Shown: in pieces, positions 8,266 to 17,010 of the stretch | Position numbering within the stretch: the stretch's first letter is position 1 | Layout of the letters: each line of letters starts with the position of its first letter | IMG/VR virus record: IMGVR_UViG_2728369554_000022 | Coordinates: 1 to 17,352 of that record | DNA length: 17,352 bases | From: a virus | Taxonomy: Duplodnaviria; Heunggongvirae; Uroviricota; Caudoviricetes | Strand: one strand, 5' to 3' | The notes under the pieces: generated by a model | What the model saw: the letters and a program-made list of their open reading frames with translations, nothing else | The model's database searches: none | Told to the model about the DNA's origin: nothing | Translations under genes and position numbers: made by a program

Positions 8266-8284
8266 GTAACGCTCGCAGCGTTAC
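8266..8284. repeat. 19-bp palindrome GTAACGC-N5-GCGTTAC, copy 3 (intergenic, upstream of initiator RBS)
   Basis: gtaacgctcgcagcgttac, located between the ydaT-like stop and the initiator start. Confidence 0.8.
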
Positions 8285-8329
8285 ATTTAACTGATACCGA
8301 ACAAAACAATCCGGCACGATTAATTTCAA

Positions 8330-8752
8330 TCAATGCACTACGACAGAATCACCGGGCGACCCACCACCGCTGAAATGTGCTTTCCGGTAAACGGCCTGGA
8401 CTGCATCATCATGCGCATCAATTGCCGTACTCAACGCTTCCTGCGCCGCCAGTAATGCACGGCGTTCCAGGGTATCGAAGATGCAGAGTCGGTGACGCAG
8501 CTCGCGCGGAAGAATTGCCAGAACCGCAGGGATCAGTGTCTGAATTTTTTCCCTTTGCGCTTTCGTTTCACCTTTTAACCAACGGTGATAGATGTTCTGC
8601 TGATTATTCCAGTCCTTGCCTGGTACCAGGGGCAATTCGCCGCCCCCCTGGCGCAGATATTCTTCAGTAATTGCATTGGCTACCCATGCCTGCCCTTTTT
8701 CAGCGGCCAGGGCTAACAGCACTGATTCGATGTGCTCATGCCTGATTTTCAT
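8330..8752 (-). CDS. ydaT: YdaT-like protein (140 aa)
   Basis: ATG at 8752 with AGGAG upstream; length and position after the YdaS-like gene match the Rac ydaS-ydaT pair. Confidence 0.6.
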   Translation of the reverse strand: MKIRHEHIESVLLALAAEKGQAWVANAITEEYLRQGGGELPLVPGKDWNNQQNIYHRWLKGETKAQREKIQTLIPAVLAILPRELRHRLCIFDTLERRALLAAQEALSTAIDAHDDAVQAVYRKAHFSGGGSPGDSVVVH

Positions 8753-9011
8753 GAATCAACTCCTGTGCATTTTGTGTGTTAGCCTTACATCCAACAGGTA
8801 AACCATCGGTCGGATTCGGGTAGATATCAGGCCGGAGTTCATGAGGTGTAACCTCGAAATTCGTAGCCTCTGCGATACGCAATACCTTTTCAGGGCTTAA
8901 CTGACTACGTCCAGTAGCAACGAGGCTAATCATTGATTGCGAACAACCAGCCAGCGCGGCCAAACAAGACTGTCGTACACGATTTTTTTTCAAATATTCA
9001 TCTAATGTCAT
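8736..9011 (-). CDS. ydaS: YdaS-like Cro-type HTH regulator (91 aa)
   Basis: ATG at 9011 with AAGGTGA upstream (track start at 9038 is TTG); HTH-like segment; divergent from the repressor gene. Confidence 0.55.
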   Translation of the reverse strand: MTLDEYLKKNRVRQSCLAALAGCSQSMISLVATGRSQLSPEKVLRIAEATNFEVTPHELRPDIYPNPTDGLPVGCKANTQNAQELIHENQA

Positions 9012-9115
9012 AAGGGTCACCTTAGTAATGTTCGCCAAAATATTAACTATACTAATTTAAATGATCAATACTTATATCAGTTTGAGATTATGAGCTGTGT
9101 TCATAAGATGGTGGT
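9012..9115. promoter_or_regulatory. Divergent promoter/operator region between ydaS-like and racR-like genes
   Basis: 104-bp AT-rich intergenic region with palindrome TTATGA-gctgtgt-TCATAA (~9090-9108) and TGATCA (9064-9069). Confidence 0.4.
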
Positions 9116-9580
9116 ATGAGAAGAAAACGCGAAGAAATCGCATCGCCAGAAGCTACGCAGCGTCTACGCGGAATCTGGGATGCAAAAAAAAGAGAGCTCA
9201 AATTGACTCAGGAGCTTGCTGCCGAGCTAATGGGCTTTGAGACGCAATCTACGGTTAGCCACTATCTCAACGGAAAGGCTCCACTTAACACTGATGCGGC
9301 ATTAAAATTCGCAGTATTGCTAAGAGTTAAGCCTGAAGACTTGAGGCCTGATTTAGCTGATCTGATGAATTACGTCCGTTCCTCTGGAACTTATGACGAA
9401 AGTTTCGAAGGCGAAGGGTGGCGGATGGTTAACAAGCAACAAGCTGATTTACTGGATCTTTTTGATATCCTCCCCGAATCAGAAAAAGCAAAACTAATCG
9501 AAAGGCTTAAAGGCCAGAATGAACTCTACAAAGAAGCGTTTGAAAATATGCTGGCAGCTCAGAAACGCATAAAGAAATAG
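9116..9580 (+). CDS. racR: RacR-like prophage repressor (HTH), 154 aa
   Basis: HTH-like LTQELAAELMGFETQSTVSHYLNG; divergent from ydaS-like; followed by a strong terminator. Confidence 0.6.
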   Translation: MRRKREEIASPEATQRLRGIWDAKKRELKLTQELAAELMGFETQSTVSHYLNGKAPLNTDAALKFAVLLRVKPEDLRPDLADLMNYVRSSGTYDESFEGEGWRMVNKQQADLLDLFDILPESEKAKLIERLKGQNELYKEAFENMLAAQKRIKK

Positions 9581-9600
9581 CCCCCACTACCTCGTAACTA

Positions 9601-9626
9601 AACCGCCATCCCTGGCGGTTTTTTTG
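9601..9626 (+). terminator. Rho-independent terminator after racR
   Basis: CCGCCA-tccc-TGGCGG followed by TTTTTTT. Confidence 0.7.
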
Positions 9627-9697
9627 TCCCCTGCGCCCCCATCGCCTTACTTTTTTATCAAAAAAAACACTAAAATTTTCATTATGATAGTACATTT

Positions 9698-9728
9698 TTA
9701 TCAACAAAATGCATATTTATGTTGATCA
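9698..9728. promoter_or_regulatory. Candidate operator/promoter upstream of ydaG (early-left, PL-like position)
   Basis: Inverted repeat TTATCAACA-N13-TGTTGATCA in an AT-rich region ~90 bp upstream of ydaG. Confidence 0.3.
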
Positions 9729-9816
9729 TTAATATGAATATAACTAATATTATTGCAGAAGCAGCACGGCGCTGTAGGTTTTAGTTCCGCCACCCGGCGT
9801 TAAGGGGAGAGATAAG

Positions 9817-9951
9817 ATGGTGCATTACGAAGTAGTTCAGTATTTGATGGATTGTTGCGGTATCACTTACAACCAGGCTGTGCAGGCTTTACGCAGCAAC
9901 GACTGGGATCTCTGGCAGGCAGAAGCCTCTATCCGCAACAACAAAATGTGA
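9817..9951 (+). CDS. ydaG: YdaG-like small protein (44 aa)
   Basis: ATG at 9817 with AGGGGAGAG upstream; MVHYEVVQYLMDCCGITYNQAVQALRSNDWDLWQAEASIRNNKM; size and position match recalled Rac ydaG. Not in ORF track. Confidence 0.5.
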   Translation: MVHYEVVQYLMDCCGITYNQAVQALRSNDWDLWQAEASIRNNKM

Positions 9952-9961
9952 GGTGCGAAAA

Positions 9962-10114
9962 ATGCAAAAAATCGACCTCGGCAATAACGAATCCCTGGGG
10001 TGCGGCGTGTTCCCCAACCAGGATGGAACGTTCACTGCCATGACTTATACCAAAAGCAAGACATTCAAAACTGAAACGGGCGCACGTCGCTGGCTTGCCA
10101 GAAATACTGGCTAA
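9962..10114 (+). CDS. ydaF: YdaF-like small protein (50 aa)
   Basis: ATG at 9962 with GAGGTG upstream; MQKIDLGNNESLGCGVFPNQDGTFTAMTYTKSKTFKTETGARRWLARNTG. Not in ORF track. Confidence 0.5.
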   Translation: MQKIDLGNNESLGCGVFPNQDGTFTAMTYTKSKTFKTETGARRWLARNTG

Positions 10115-10295
10115 TCCATTATTTGGATTAATTCAATATTCTCGCTGTAGGGGTATAGCAGAAACCACCAAAGCCCGGAGGTGGTGAAATAAAACCGGGC
10201 ACAACACGAAGGCGCATTTCCGATATCCATAAAGAGTCGGTTTTGTCTGTTAAATTTAAATGGTGGGAGTGCGCCTCCGGTTGTAAATAACGACA

Positions 10296-10360
10296 TTGCT
10301 GTGTGTAGTCTTGGCGGCATCAGTTTTTTCTTGAAGTTCGGCTGATGTCCGCCCCTTTTT
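10296..10360 (+). ncRNA. DicF-like sRNA candidate with intrinsic terminator, upstream of kilR
   Basis: TTGGCGGCATCAGTTTT ... CTGATGTCCGCCCC-TTTTT; stem GGCGGCATCAG/CTGATG(T)CCGCC plus U-run; resembles recalled DicF core. Boundaries approximate. Confidence 0.45.
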
Positions 10361-10525
10361 AAAGTGAATTTTGTGATGCGGTGAATGCGGCTAAGCGCAC
10401 GCGGAACAGTTAAAAGCATCAGTGTTATGGGTGGATTATCCGGCGTTAATTGTTAACTGGTTAACGTCACCTGGAGGCACCAGGCACCGCATCAACAAAG
10501 TTCATTTGTAAAAATGGAGATAATT

Positions 10526-10747
10526 ATGATTGCACATCACTTCGGAACTGAGGAAATACCACGTCAGTGTGTGACTCCTGGCGATTATGTTCTTCATGAA
10601 GGCCGGACATATATTGCCTCGGCAAACAATATTAAAAAGCGAAAACTTTATATTCGTAACCTGACCACAAAAACATGCATTACTGACTGCATGATTAAAG
10701 TCTTCCTCGGTCGTGATGGTTTACCTGTAAAGGCGGAGTCATGGTGA
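10526..10747 (+). CDS. kilR: KilR-like cell-division inhibitor (73 aa)
   Basis: ATG at 10526 with GGAGA upstream; size and synteny with Rac kilR; sequence recognised from memory. Confidence 0.7.
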   Translation: MIAHHFGTEEIPRQCVTPGDYVLHEGRTYIASANNIKKRKLYIRNLTTKTCITDCMIKVFLGRDGLPVKAESW

Positions 10748-10917
10748 TGACTAAGAAAATAAAATGTGCTTACCACCTTTGCAATAAAGAAGTTGAAAAA
10801 AGCAAAAGCATTACAAAACCACTTCATTTCATGCGTGGAGTTATCCCAACGACGGAAATGAAAAAATATTGTAGTGAAATATGTGCCGAAAAAGACCAGA
10901 TGGCACACGAACTTTAA
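10747..10917 (+). CDS. ydaE: YdaE-like Cys-rich small protein (56 aa)
   Basis: ATG overlaps kilR stop (TGATG); four Cys; not in ORF track as a separate ORF. Confidence 0.6.
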   Translation: MTKKIKCAYHLCNKEVEKSKSITKPLHFMRGVIPTTEMKKYCSEICAEKDQMAHEL

Positions 10918-10991
10918 TTAACTGACTATTCGAAACTGAATTTATGCCAGCAATGGCAGGGATTCACTCAACCTTAATTAAGGAGAAAAAC

Positions 10992-11237
10992 ATGATTACC
11001 AATTATGAAGCCACTGTTGTAACTACCGATGACATTGTTCACGAGGTTAATCTGGAAGGAAAGCGTATTGGCTACGTGATTAAAACAGAAAATAAAGAAA
11101 CCCCATTCACTGTGGTTGATATCGACGGTCCATCAGGCAACGTAAAAACACTTGATGAAGGTGTCACAAAAATGTGCCTGGTTCACATCGGAAAGAATCT
11201 GCCCGCAGAAAAAAAGCCGGATTTCTGGCAACTCTGA
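10992..11237 (+). CDS. racC: RacC-like protein (81 aa from this start)
   Basis: ATG at 10992 with AGGAGA 5 nt upstream; upstream in-frame ATGs at 10944/10953 lack an RBS. Confidence 0.55.
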   Translation: MITNYEATVVTTDDIVHEVNLEGKRIGYVIKTENKETPFTVVDIDGPSGNVKTLDEGVTKMCLVHIGKNLPAEKKPDFWQL

Positions 11238-11367
11238 TTGCAATGAAATTAAACGGTGAAATCTGAAAGAAATAGCCTGCGTATGGCGCAGGCTATGAAC
11301 AGTGTGTATCCGGCAAGATCATTCACTGAACAAAACGAATTTTAATCTGAGTTGAGGTTAAAAAACA

Positions 11368-14040
11368 ATGAGCACAAAACCACTCTTCCTGTTACGGAAA
11401 GCGAAAAAATCATCCGGTGAACCTGACGTCGTCTTGTGGGCAAGCGACGATTTTGAATCGACCTGTGCCACTCTGGACTACCTGATCGTTAAGTCAGGTA
11501 AAAAACTGAGCAGCTATTTTAAAGCTGTTGCCACGAATTTTCCTGTCGTTAATGACCTTCCCCCTGAAGGTGAGATCGATTTTACCTGGAGTGAACGCTA
11601 TCAACTCAGCAAAGACTCCATGACCTGGGAACTAAAACCGGGAGCAGCGCCAGACGACGTTCACCACCATGATAATGCTCAGGAAACCAAAGAACTGGCG
11701 GGGGGCCAGGAAGAAAACGCGCAGGCAGACGCCCACGGGGATTGCCAGGATTGCGAAGTCTCTGTAGCCACTTTGCGGTTCACACAGCGTCTTCTGCACA
11801 TTTTTACGTATGCGGCCGGGGATCGGAAATACCTGCATCATGCCACCCGTGAACAACGCGAACACATCACTGCTCTTGAGATGGATCAGGAAAACAGCTA
11901 TGTCCAGAATCTGCTGTTGGCCATACGCGGCATGGCAGAACCGACAACTCTGGATAATGCCGCCCTGCTCCGCCTGACTGATGCAATTAAGGCAGTTTTC
12001 TCTATCACGAAAAAACATCAGCCCTATGAATTTAAGAATTTCATTTCAGCCTGGCTGGATACCGAACACATTGATCGCGGTCTTCTGACAAAAGAATGGC
12101 GAAAAGGGAATCGTGTTTCACGCATCACTCGCACGGCTTCCGGTGCTAATGCTGGCGGCGGGAACCTCACCGATCGCGGCGAAGGTTTCGTCCACGATCT
12201 GACGTCACTGGCGCGCGATGTAGCCACTGGCGTACTGGCCCGTTCAATGGACGTGGACATTTATAACCTTCATCCTGCACACGCTAAACGCATTGAGGAA
12301 ATTATCGCTGAAAATAAACCGCCCTTTTCTGTTTTCCGCGACAAATTCATCACCATGCCTGGCGGGCTGGATTATTCCCGCGCCATCGTGGTTGCGTCCG
12401 TGAAAGAAGCACCAATTGGGATCGAGGTCATCCCCGCGCACGTCACTGAATATCTGAACAAAGTACTGACTGAAACCGATCATGCCAACCCTGATCCGGA
12501 AATCGTGGATATTGCCTGCGGTCGCTCCTCTGCCCCGATGCCGCAGCGTGTAACAGAAGAAGAAAAACAGGATGATGAAGAAAAACCGCAACCATCTTGC
12601 GCAATGGCAGATGAACAGGCAACGGCTGAAACAGTGGAACCGGATGCAACTGAACATCATCAGGACACGCAGCCGCTGGATGCTCAGTCACAGGTAAATT
12701 CTGTTGATGCGAAATATCAGAAACTGCGGGCAGAACTCCATGAAGCCCGGAAAAACATTCCGCCCAAAAATCCTGTCGATGCAGACAAATTACTGGCTGC
12801 CTATCGCGGAGAATTTGTTGCAGGGATTAGCGACCCGAATGATCCGAAATGGGTTAAAGGGATCCAGACCCGCGATTCTGTGTACCAGCATCAGCCAGAA
12901 ACGGAACAGAACGACCGAAAATCGGAACAAAACGGCCAAAATGCGCGACAAAATGAACCAGAAGCGCAACAGGAACTGGAAAAAGTCTGCAATGCCTGCG
13001 GTCAGTCTGGTGGAGATAACTGCCCTGATTGTGGCGCGGTGATGGGCGACACCACATATCAGGAAACCTTTAATGAAGAAAATCTGGATGAATCTCAGGA
13101 AAAAGATCCGGAGGAAATGGAAGGCCCTGAACATCCGCACAATGAGAATGCTGGCAGCGATCCGCATCGCGATTGCAGTGATGAAACTGGCGAAGTCGCA
13201 GATCCCGTAATCGCAGGAGACATAGAGCCTGGTATTTATTACGGAATTTCGAATGAGAATTACCACGCGGGTCCCGGTGTCAGTAAGTCTCAGCTCGACG
13301 ACATTGCTGATACTCCGGCGCTGTATTTGTGGCGTAAAAATGCCCCAGTGGACACCACAAAGACAAAAACGCTCGATTTAGGAACCGCTTTCCACTGCCG
13401 TGTACTTGAACCGGAAGAATTCAGTAACCGCTTTATCGTGGCACCTGAATTTAACCGCCGTACAACCGCCGGAAAAGAAGAAGAGAAAGCGTTTCTGATG
13501 GAATGCGCAAGCACAGGAAAAACGGTTATCACTGCCGAAGAAGGCCGGAAAATTGAACTCATGTATCAGAGCGTTATGGCTTTGCCGCTGGGTCAATGGC
13601 TTGTTGCAAGCGCCGGACACGCTGAATCATCAATTTACTGGGAAGATCCTGAAACAGGAATTTTGTGTCGGTGCCGTCCGGACAAAATTATTCCTGAATT
13701 TCACTGGATCATGGACGTGAAAACCACAGCGGATATTCAACGATTCAAAACGGCTTATTACGACTACCGCTATCACGTTCAGGATGCATTCTACAGTGAC
13801 GGTTATGAAGCACAGTTTGGTGTGCTGCCAACTTTCGTTTTTCTGGTTGCCAGCACAACTGTTGAATGCGGACGTTACCCGGTTGAGATTTTCATGATGG
13901 GCGAAGAAGCAAAACTGGCAGGCCAGCAGGAATATCACCGCAATCTGAGGACCCTGGCTGACTGCCTGAATACCGATGAATGGCCAGCTATTAAAACGTT
14001 ATCACTGCCCCGCTGGGCTAAGGAGTATGCAAATGACTAA
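11368..14040 (+). CDS. recE: RecE exodeoxyribonuclease VIII (890 aa)
   Basis: N-terminus [41 protein letters not shown] recognised as RecE; long acidic central region; C-terminal nuclease domain. Confidence 0.9.
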   Translation: MSTKPLFLLRKAKKSSGEPDVVLWASDDFESTCATLDYLIVKSGKKLSSYFKAVATNFPVVNDLPPEGEIDFTWSERYQLSKDSMTWELKPGAAPDDVHHHDNAQETKELAGGQEENAQADAHGDCQDCEVSVATLRFTQRLLHIFTYAAGDRKYLHHATREQREHITALEMDQENSYVQNLLLAIRGMAEPTTLDNAALLRLTDAIKAVFSITKKHQPYEFKNFISAWLDTEHIDRGLLTKEWRKGNRVSRITRTASGANAGGGNLTDRGEGFVHDLTSLARDVATGVLARSMDVDIYNLHPAHAKRIEEIIAENKPPFSVFRDKFITMPGGLDYSRAIVVASVKEAPIGIEVIPAHVTEYLNKVLTETDHANPDPEIVDIACGRSSAPMPQRVTEEEKQDDEEKPQPSCAMADEQATAETVEPDATEHHQDTQPLDAQSQVNSVDAKYQKLRAELHEARKNIPPKNPVDADKLLAAYRGEFVAGISDPNDPKWVKGIQTRDSVYQHQPETEQNDRKSEQNGQNARQNEPEAQQELEKVCNACGQSGGDNCPDCGAVMGDTTYQETFNEENLDESQEKDPEEMEGPEHPHNENAGSDPHRDCSDETGEVADPVIAGDIEPGIYYGISNENYHAGPGVSKSQLDDIADTPALYLWRKNAPVDTTKTKTLDLGTAFHCRVLEPEEFSNRFIVAPEFNRRTTAGKEEEKAFLMECASTGKTVITAEEGRKIELMYQSVMALPLGQWLVASAGHAESSIYWEDPETGILCRCRPDKIIPEFHWIMDVKTTADIQRFKTAYYDYRYHVQDAFYSDGYEAQFGVLPTFVFLVASTTVECGRYPVEIFMMGEEAKLAGQQEYHRNLRTLADCLNTDEWPAIKTLSLPRWAKEYAND

Positions 14041-14842
14041 GCAACCACCTATCGCAAAAGCCGATCTGCAAAAAACCCAGGGAAACCGTGCACCAGCAGC
14101 AGTAAAAAATAACGACGTGATCAGCTTTATTAATCAGCCATCAATGAAAGAGCAACTGGCAGCAGCTCTCCCACGCCATATGACGGCTGAACGAATGATA
14201 CGTATCGCCACTACAGAAATTCGTAAGGTTCCGGCGCTAGGAAACTGTGACACCATGAGTTTTGTCAGTGCGATCGTTCAGTGTTCACAGCTCGGCCTTG
14301 AGCCAGGTAGCGCCCTCGGCCACGCATATTTACTGCCTTTTGGTAATAAAAACGAAAAGAGCGGTAAAAAGAACGTCCAGCTAATCATTGGTTATCGCGG
14401 CATGATTGATCTGGCTCGCCGTTCTGGTCAAATCGCCAGCCTGTCAGCCCGTGTTGTCCGTGAAGGTGACGTGTTTAGTTTTGAATTTGGCCTTGATGAA
14501 AAGTTAATACACCGCCCGGGAGAAAACGAAGATGCACCAGTGACCCACGTCTATGCTGTCGCAAGACTGAAAGACGGAGGGACTCAGTTTGAGGTTATGA
14601 CACGCAAACAGATTGAGATTGTACGCAACCAGAGTAAAGCAGGTAATAACGGGCCGTGGGTAACTCACTGGGAAGAAATGGCAAAAAAAACGGCTATTCG
14701 TCGCCTGTTCAAATATCTGCCCGTATCAATTGAGATCCAGCGTGCAGTATCAATGGATGAAAAGGAACCACTGACAATCGATCCTGCAGATTCCTCTGTA
14801 TTAACCGGAGAATACAGTGTAATCGATAATTCAGAGGAATAA
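14033..14842 (+). CDS. recT: RecT single-strand annealing recombinase (269 aa)
   Basis: ATG at 14033 overlaps recE 3' end, AAGGAG upstream; [16 protein letters not shown] recognised. Confidence 0.9.
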   Translation: MTKQPPIAKADLQKTQGNRAPAAVKNNDVISFINQPSMKEQLAAALPRHMTAERMIRIATTEIRKVPALGNCDTMSFVSAIVQCSQLGLEPGSALGHAYLLPFGNKNEKSGKKNVQLIIGYRGMIDLARRSGQIASLSARVVREGDVFSFEFGLDEKLIHRPGENEDAPVTHVYAVARLKDGGTQFEVMTRKQIEIVRNQSKAGNNGPWVTHWEEMAKKTAIRRLFKYLPVSIEIQRAVSMDEKEPLTIDPADSSVLTGEYSVIDNSEE

Positions 14843-14849
14843 TTCAGCC

Positions 14850-14868
14850 TGGCGGTGTAATGCACCGC
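14850..14868 (+). other. GC-rich hairpin between recT and ralR (possible attenuator)
   Basis: GGCGGTG-taat-GCACCGCC; T-run begins ~12 nt downstream, so not a canonical terminator. Confidence 0.3.
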
Positions 14869-14898
14869 CAACTTGAAATATTTTTTATGAGAAAAATT

Positions 14899-15093
14899 AT
14901 GAGATATGACAATGTTAAACCATGTCCATTTTGTGGTTGTCCATCAGTAACGGTGAAAGCCATTTCAGGATATTACCGAGCGAAGTGTAACGGATGCGAA
15001 TCCCGAACCGGTTATGGTGGAAGTGAAAAAGAAGCACTCGAAAGATGGAATAAACGAACCACTGAAAATATTAATGGAGGCTTTCATGTATAA
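14899..15093 (+). CDS. ralR: RalR/Lar restriction-alleviation protein (64 aa)
   Basis: MRYDNVKPCPFCGCPSVTVKAISGYYRAKCNGCESR..., zinc-ribbon-like, recognised as Rac Lar. Confidence 0.8.
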   Translation: MRYDNVKPCPFCGCPSVTVKAISGYYRAKCNGCESRTGYGGSEKEALERWNKRTTENINGGFHV

Positions 15094-15274
15094 AATTACC
15101 GCTACAATTGAAAAGGAAGGTGGCACTCCTACTAACTGGACAAGATATTCAAAATCTAAACTAACGAAATCGGAATGCGAAAAAATGCTCTCAGGGAAAA
15201 AAGAAGCAGGCGTTTCCAGAGAGCAGAAAGTAAAACTGATAAATTTTAATTGCGAGAAACTTCTGTCATCGTGA
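15086..15274 (+). CDS. ydaC: YdaC-like small protein (62 aa from this start)
   Basis: ATG at 15086 with GGAGG 5 nt upstream, overlapping ralR stop; synteny with Rac ydaC. Confidence 0.55.
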   Translation: MYKITATIEKEGGTPTNWTRYSKSKLTKSECEKMLSGKKEAGVSREQKVKLINFNCEKLLSS

Positions 15275-15380
15275 GTTGCATTATATCCAAATCAGAACTT
15301 CATAGCTGATTATTAAAAATCAACCACACCCGCCAGTATTTTGTATATTTACTGGCGGTCATATCGTAAGAGGTATGGCA

Positions 15381-15662
15381 ATGAATCTTGTGACACTCAA
15401 AACCTGGGGAAGACTCAGATATCCGGATAACCCACCATCAATATCAACGCTGAGACGATGGGCAAGGAATGGAAACATTTATCCTGCACCTGAACTACAC
15501 GGGAGGAGTTACAGGGTGGTTCCGGAGGCTTTCTATATCAACCCAAATAAGGTTGATACCGATATAACACACCACCAGCCTAATGGGCGACAAGGGAGAG
15601 ACAGTCCGTTAATGGAGAAGTTAAAACATGCAGCGGAAAAAATACGATCCCAATTTGCCTAG
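15381..15662 (+). CDS. Excisionase (Xis-like)
   Basis: AAGAGG upstream of ATG 15381; resembles lambda Xis N-terminus; 3' end overlaps int start as in lambda. Confidence 0.7.
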   Translation: MNLVTLKTWGRLRYPDNPPSISTLRRWARNGNIYPAPELHGRSYRVVPEAFYINPNKVDTDITHHQPNGRQGRDSPLMEKLKHAAEKIRSQFA

Positions 15663-16704
15663 AAATTTAACATATCGAAGGAGAGACAAAGCATATTACT
15701 GGCGCAACCCTCTCACGAAAGAAGAATTTACACTAGGTAAAATTTCAAGAAGAGATGCAGTAGCGCAGGCAATTGAAGCAAATCATTATATATACAAAAA
15801 CTACTCTCCTGCTGCCTTAATTGAAAAACTTAAAGGGTTCGACTCATTTACTATGGCAGACTGGATTGAACGTTACAAAACGATTCTTATAAGGAGAAAA
15901 GTGTCCAGAAATACTTATAAAATTCGGGTAAATCAACTGGAGACAATAAAAGAAAAATTAGGAGGGATTTTACTGACAGAAATAACCACTCGCCATATTG
16001 CCGAGTTTCTTGATTTGTGGATTGAAGGAGGGAAAAACACGATGGCAGGATCAATGCGTTCTGTGTTATCTGATATGTTCCGCGAGGCCATTGTTGAAGG
16101 ACGTATATCTCAAAATCCAGTAACGCCAACAAGAGCACCGAAAATAGTAGTTACAAGAGAACGGCTGAAACTAAAGACATACAACTGCATCAGGGAGGCA
16201 GCAGATCAACTTCCGGCATGGTTCCCATTAGCTATGGATTTAGCCCTTGTAACAGGACAACGTCGCGAAGACATAACGAATATGCGGTTCAGTGATATTT
16301 ATGATGATCGTCTCCACATCAGGCAAATTAAGACAGGAATGATGATTGCTATCCCCCTGTCACTCAGCCTTCCTGTCGCTGGTCTACGGCTTGGTACAGT
16401 AGTTGAACGGTGCCGCCTGGTAAGCCGGGGAGATTATCTAATCAGTGCCGGGATTAGAAAAAACAGCCCTGACGGCAGCATTCACCCGGACGGCCTGACA
16501 AAAAAATTTGTCGCAGCCAGAAAATTAACAGGTATCCAGTTCAGTGAAAACCCACCAACTTTTCACGAGATCAGAAGTCTGGCTGGACGATTGTACAAAG
16601 AAACATGTGGAGAAGAATTTGCTCAGCGTCTACTTGGCCACACATCGGAGAAGACAACAAAAATGTATCTTGATGAGAGAGAAAAAACGTACTTACTGCT
16701 CTGA
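15628..16704 (+). CDS. Lambda-family tyrosine integrase (358 aa)
   Basis: Aligns by eye with lambda Int (N-terminal arm-binding region, [25 protein letters not shown], tyrosine in KMYLDE). Confidence 0.9.
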   Translation: MQRKKYDPNLPRNLTYRRRDKAYYWRNPLTKEEFTLGKISRRDAVAQAIEANHYIYKNYSPAALIEKLKGFDSFTMADWIERYKTILIRRKVSRNTYKIRVNQLETIKEKLGGILLTEITTRHIAEFLDLWIEGGKNTMAGSMRSVLSDMFREAIVEGRISQNPVTPTRAPKIVVTRERLKLKTYNCIREAADQLPAWFPLAMDLALVTGQRREDITNMRFSDIYDDRLHIRQIKTGMMIAIPLSLSLPVAGLRLGTVVERCRLVSRGDYLISAGIRKNSPDGSIHPDGLTKKFVAARKLTGIQFSENPPTFHEIRSLAGRLYKETCGEEFAQRLLGHTSEKTTKMYLDEREKTYLLL

Positions 16705-16751
16705 TTTTAACGTAAATGGATTGTTAAATGTATTTTGGTTGTGATATAACC

Positions 16752-16853
16752 AAAAAAGACCGAATACGATTCCTGTATTCGGTCCAGGGAAATGGCTCTT
16801 GGGAGAGAGCCGTGCGCTAAAAGTTGGCATTAATGCAGGCTTAGTTGCCTTGC
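16752..16853 (-). ncRNA. sdsR: SdsR (RyeB) sRNA
   Basis: Minus strand reads GCAAGGCAACTAAGCCTGCATTAATGCC...GACCGAATACAGGAATCGTATTCGGTC-TTTTTT, matching recalled SdsR with its terminator; sigma-S-like -10 TCTATTCTTAA just upstream. Confidence 0.8.
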
Positions 16854-16982
16854 TCTTTAAGAATAGATGACGACGCCAGGTTTTCCAGTTTGCGTGCAAA
16901 ATGGTCAATAAAAAGCGTGGTGGTCATCAGCTTAAATGTTAAAAACCGCCCGTTCTGGTGAAAGAACTGAGGCGGTTTTTTA
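16758..16982 (+). ncRNA. ryeA: RyeA (SraC) antisense sRNA candidate overlapping sdsR; 5' end uncertain
   Basis: Known bidirectional sRNA locus; candidate promoter TTGTTA (16721-16726) and TATAAC (16745-16750); terminator at 16941-16982. Confidence 0.35.
16941..16982. terminator. Bidirectional terminator between RyeA and the yebY-like gene
   Basis: ACCGCC-[CGTTCT-ggtgaa-AGAACT]-GAGGCGGT flanked by A-run and T-run. Confidence 0.6.
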
Positions 16983-17010
16983 TTGGAAATCAAAAGGCTA
17001 TTTTAGGTAA

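Noticed and set aside
7867-8284. 19-bp palindromes as IS or MITE terminal inverted repeats
   Set aside because: No transposase and no target-site duplications; two copies are constrained inside a coding sequence.
10115-10300. GC-rich inverted repeats (CCGGAGG...CCTCCGG) as a retron msr/msd
   Set aside because: No reverse transcriptase gene in or near the window.
10111-10419. 102-aa minus-strand ORF between ydaF and kilR (possible sieB remnant)
   Set aside because: No RBS, low-complexity Pro/Arg/Phe-rich translation, and it is antisense to the DicF-like hairpin; more likely non-coding.
11632-13938. Several minus-strand ORFs (78-158 aa) and a plus-strand ORF (12704-13042) inside recE
   Set aside because: Antisense or out-of-frame within a confidently identified gene; low-complexity translations from the repetitive acidic region.
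16693-16908. 71-aa minus-strand ORF
   Set aside because: Coincides with the SdsR sRNA and its terminator; no RBS.
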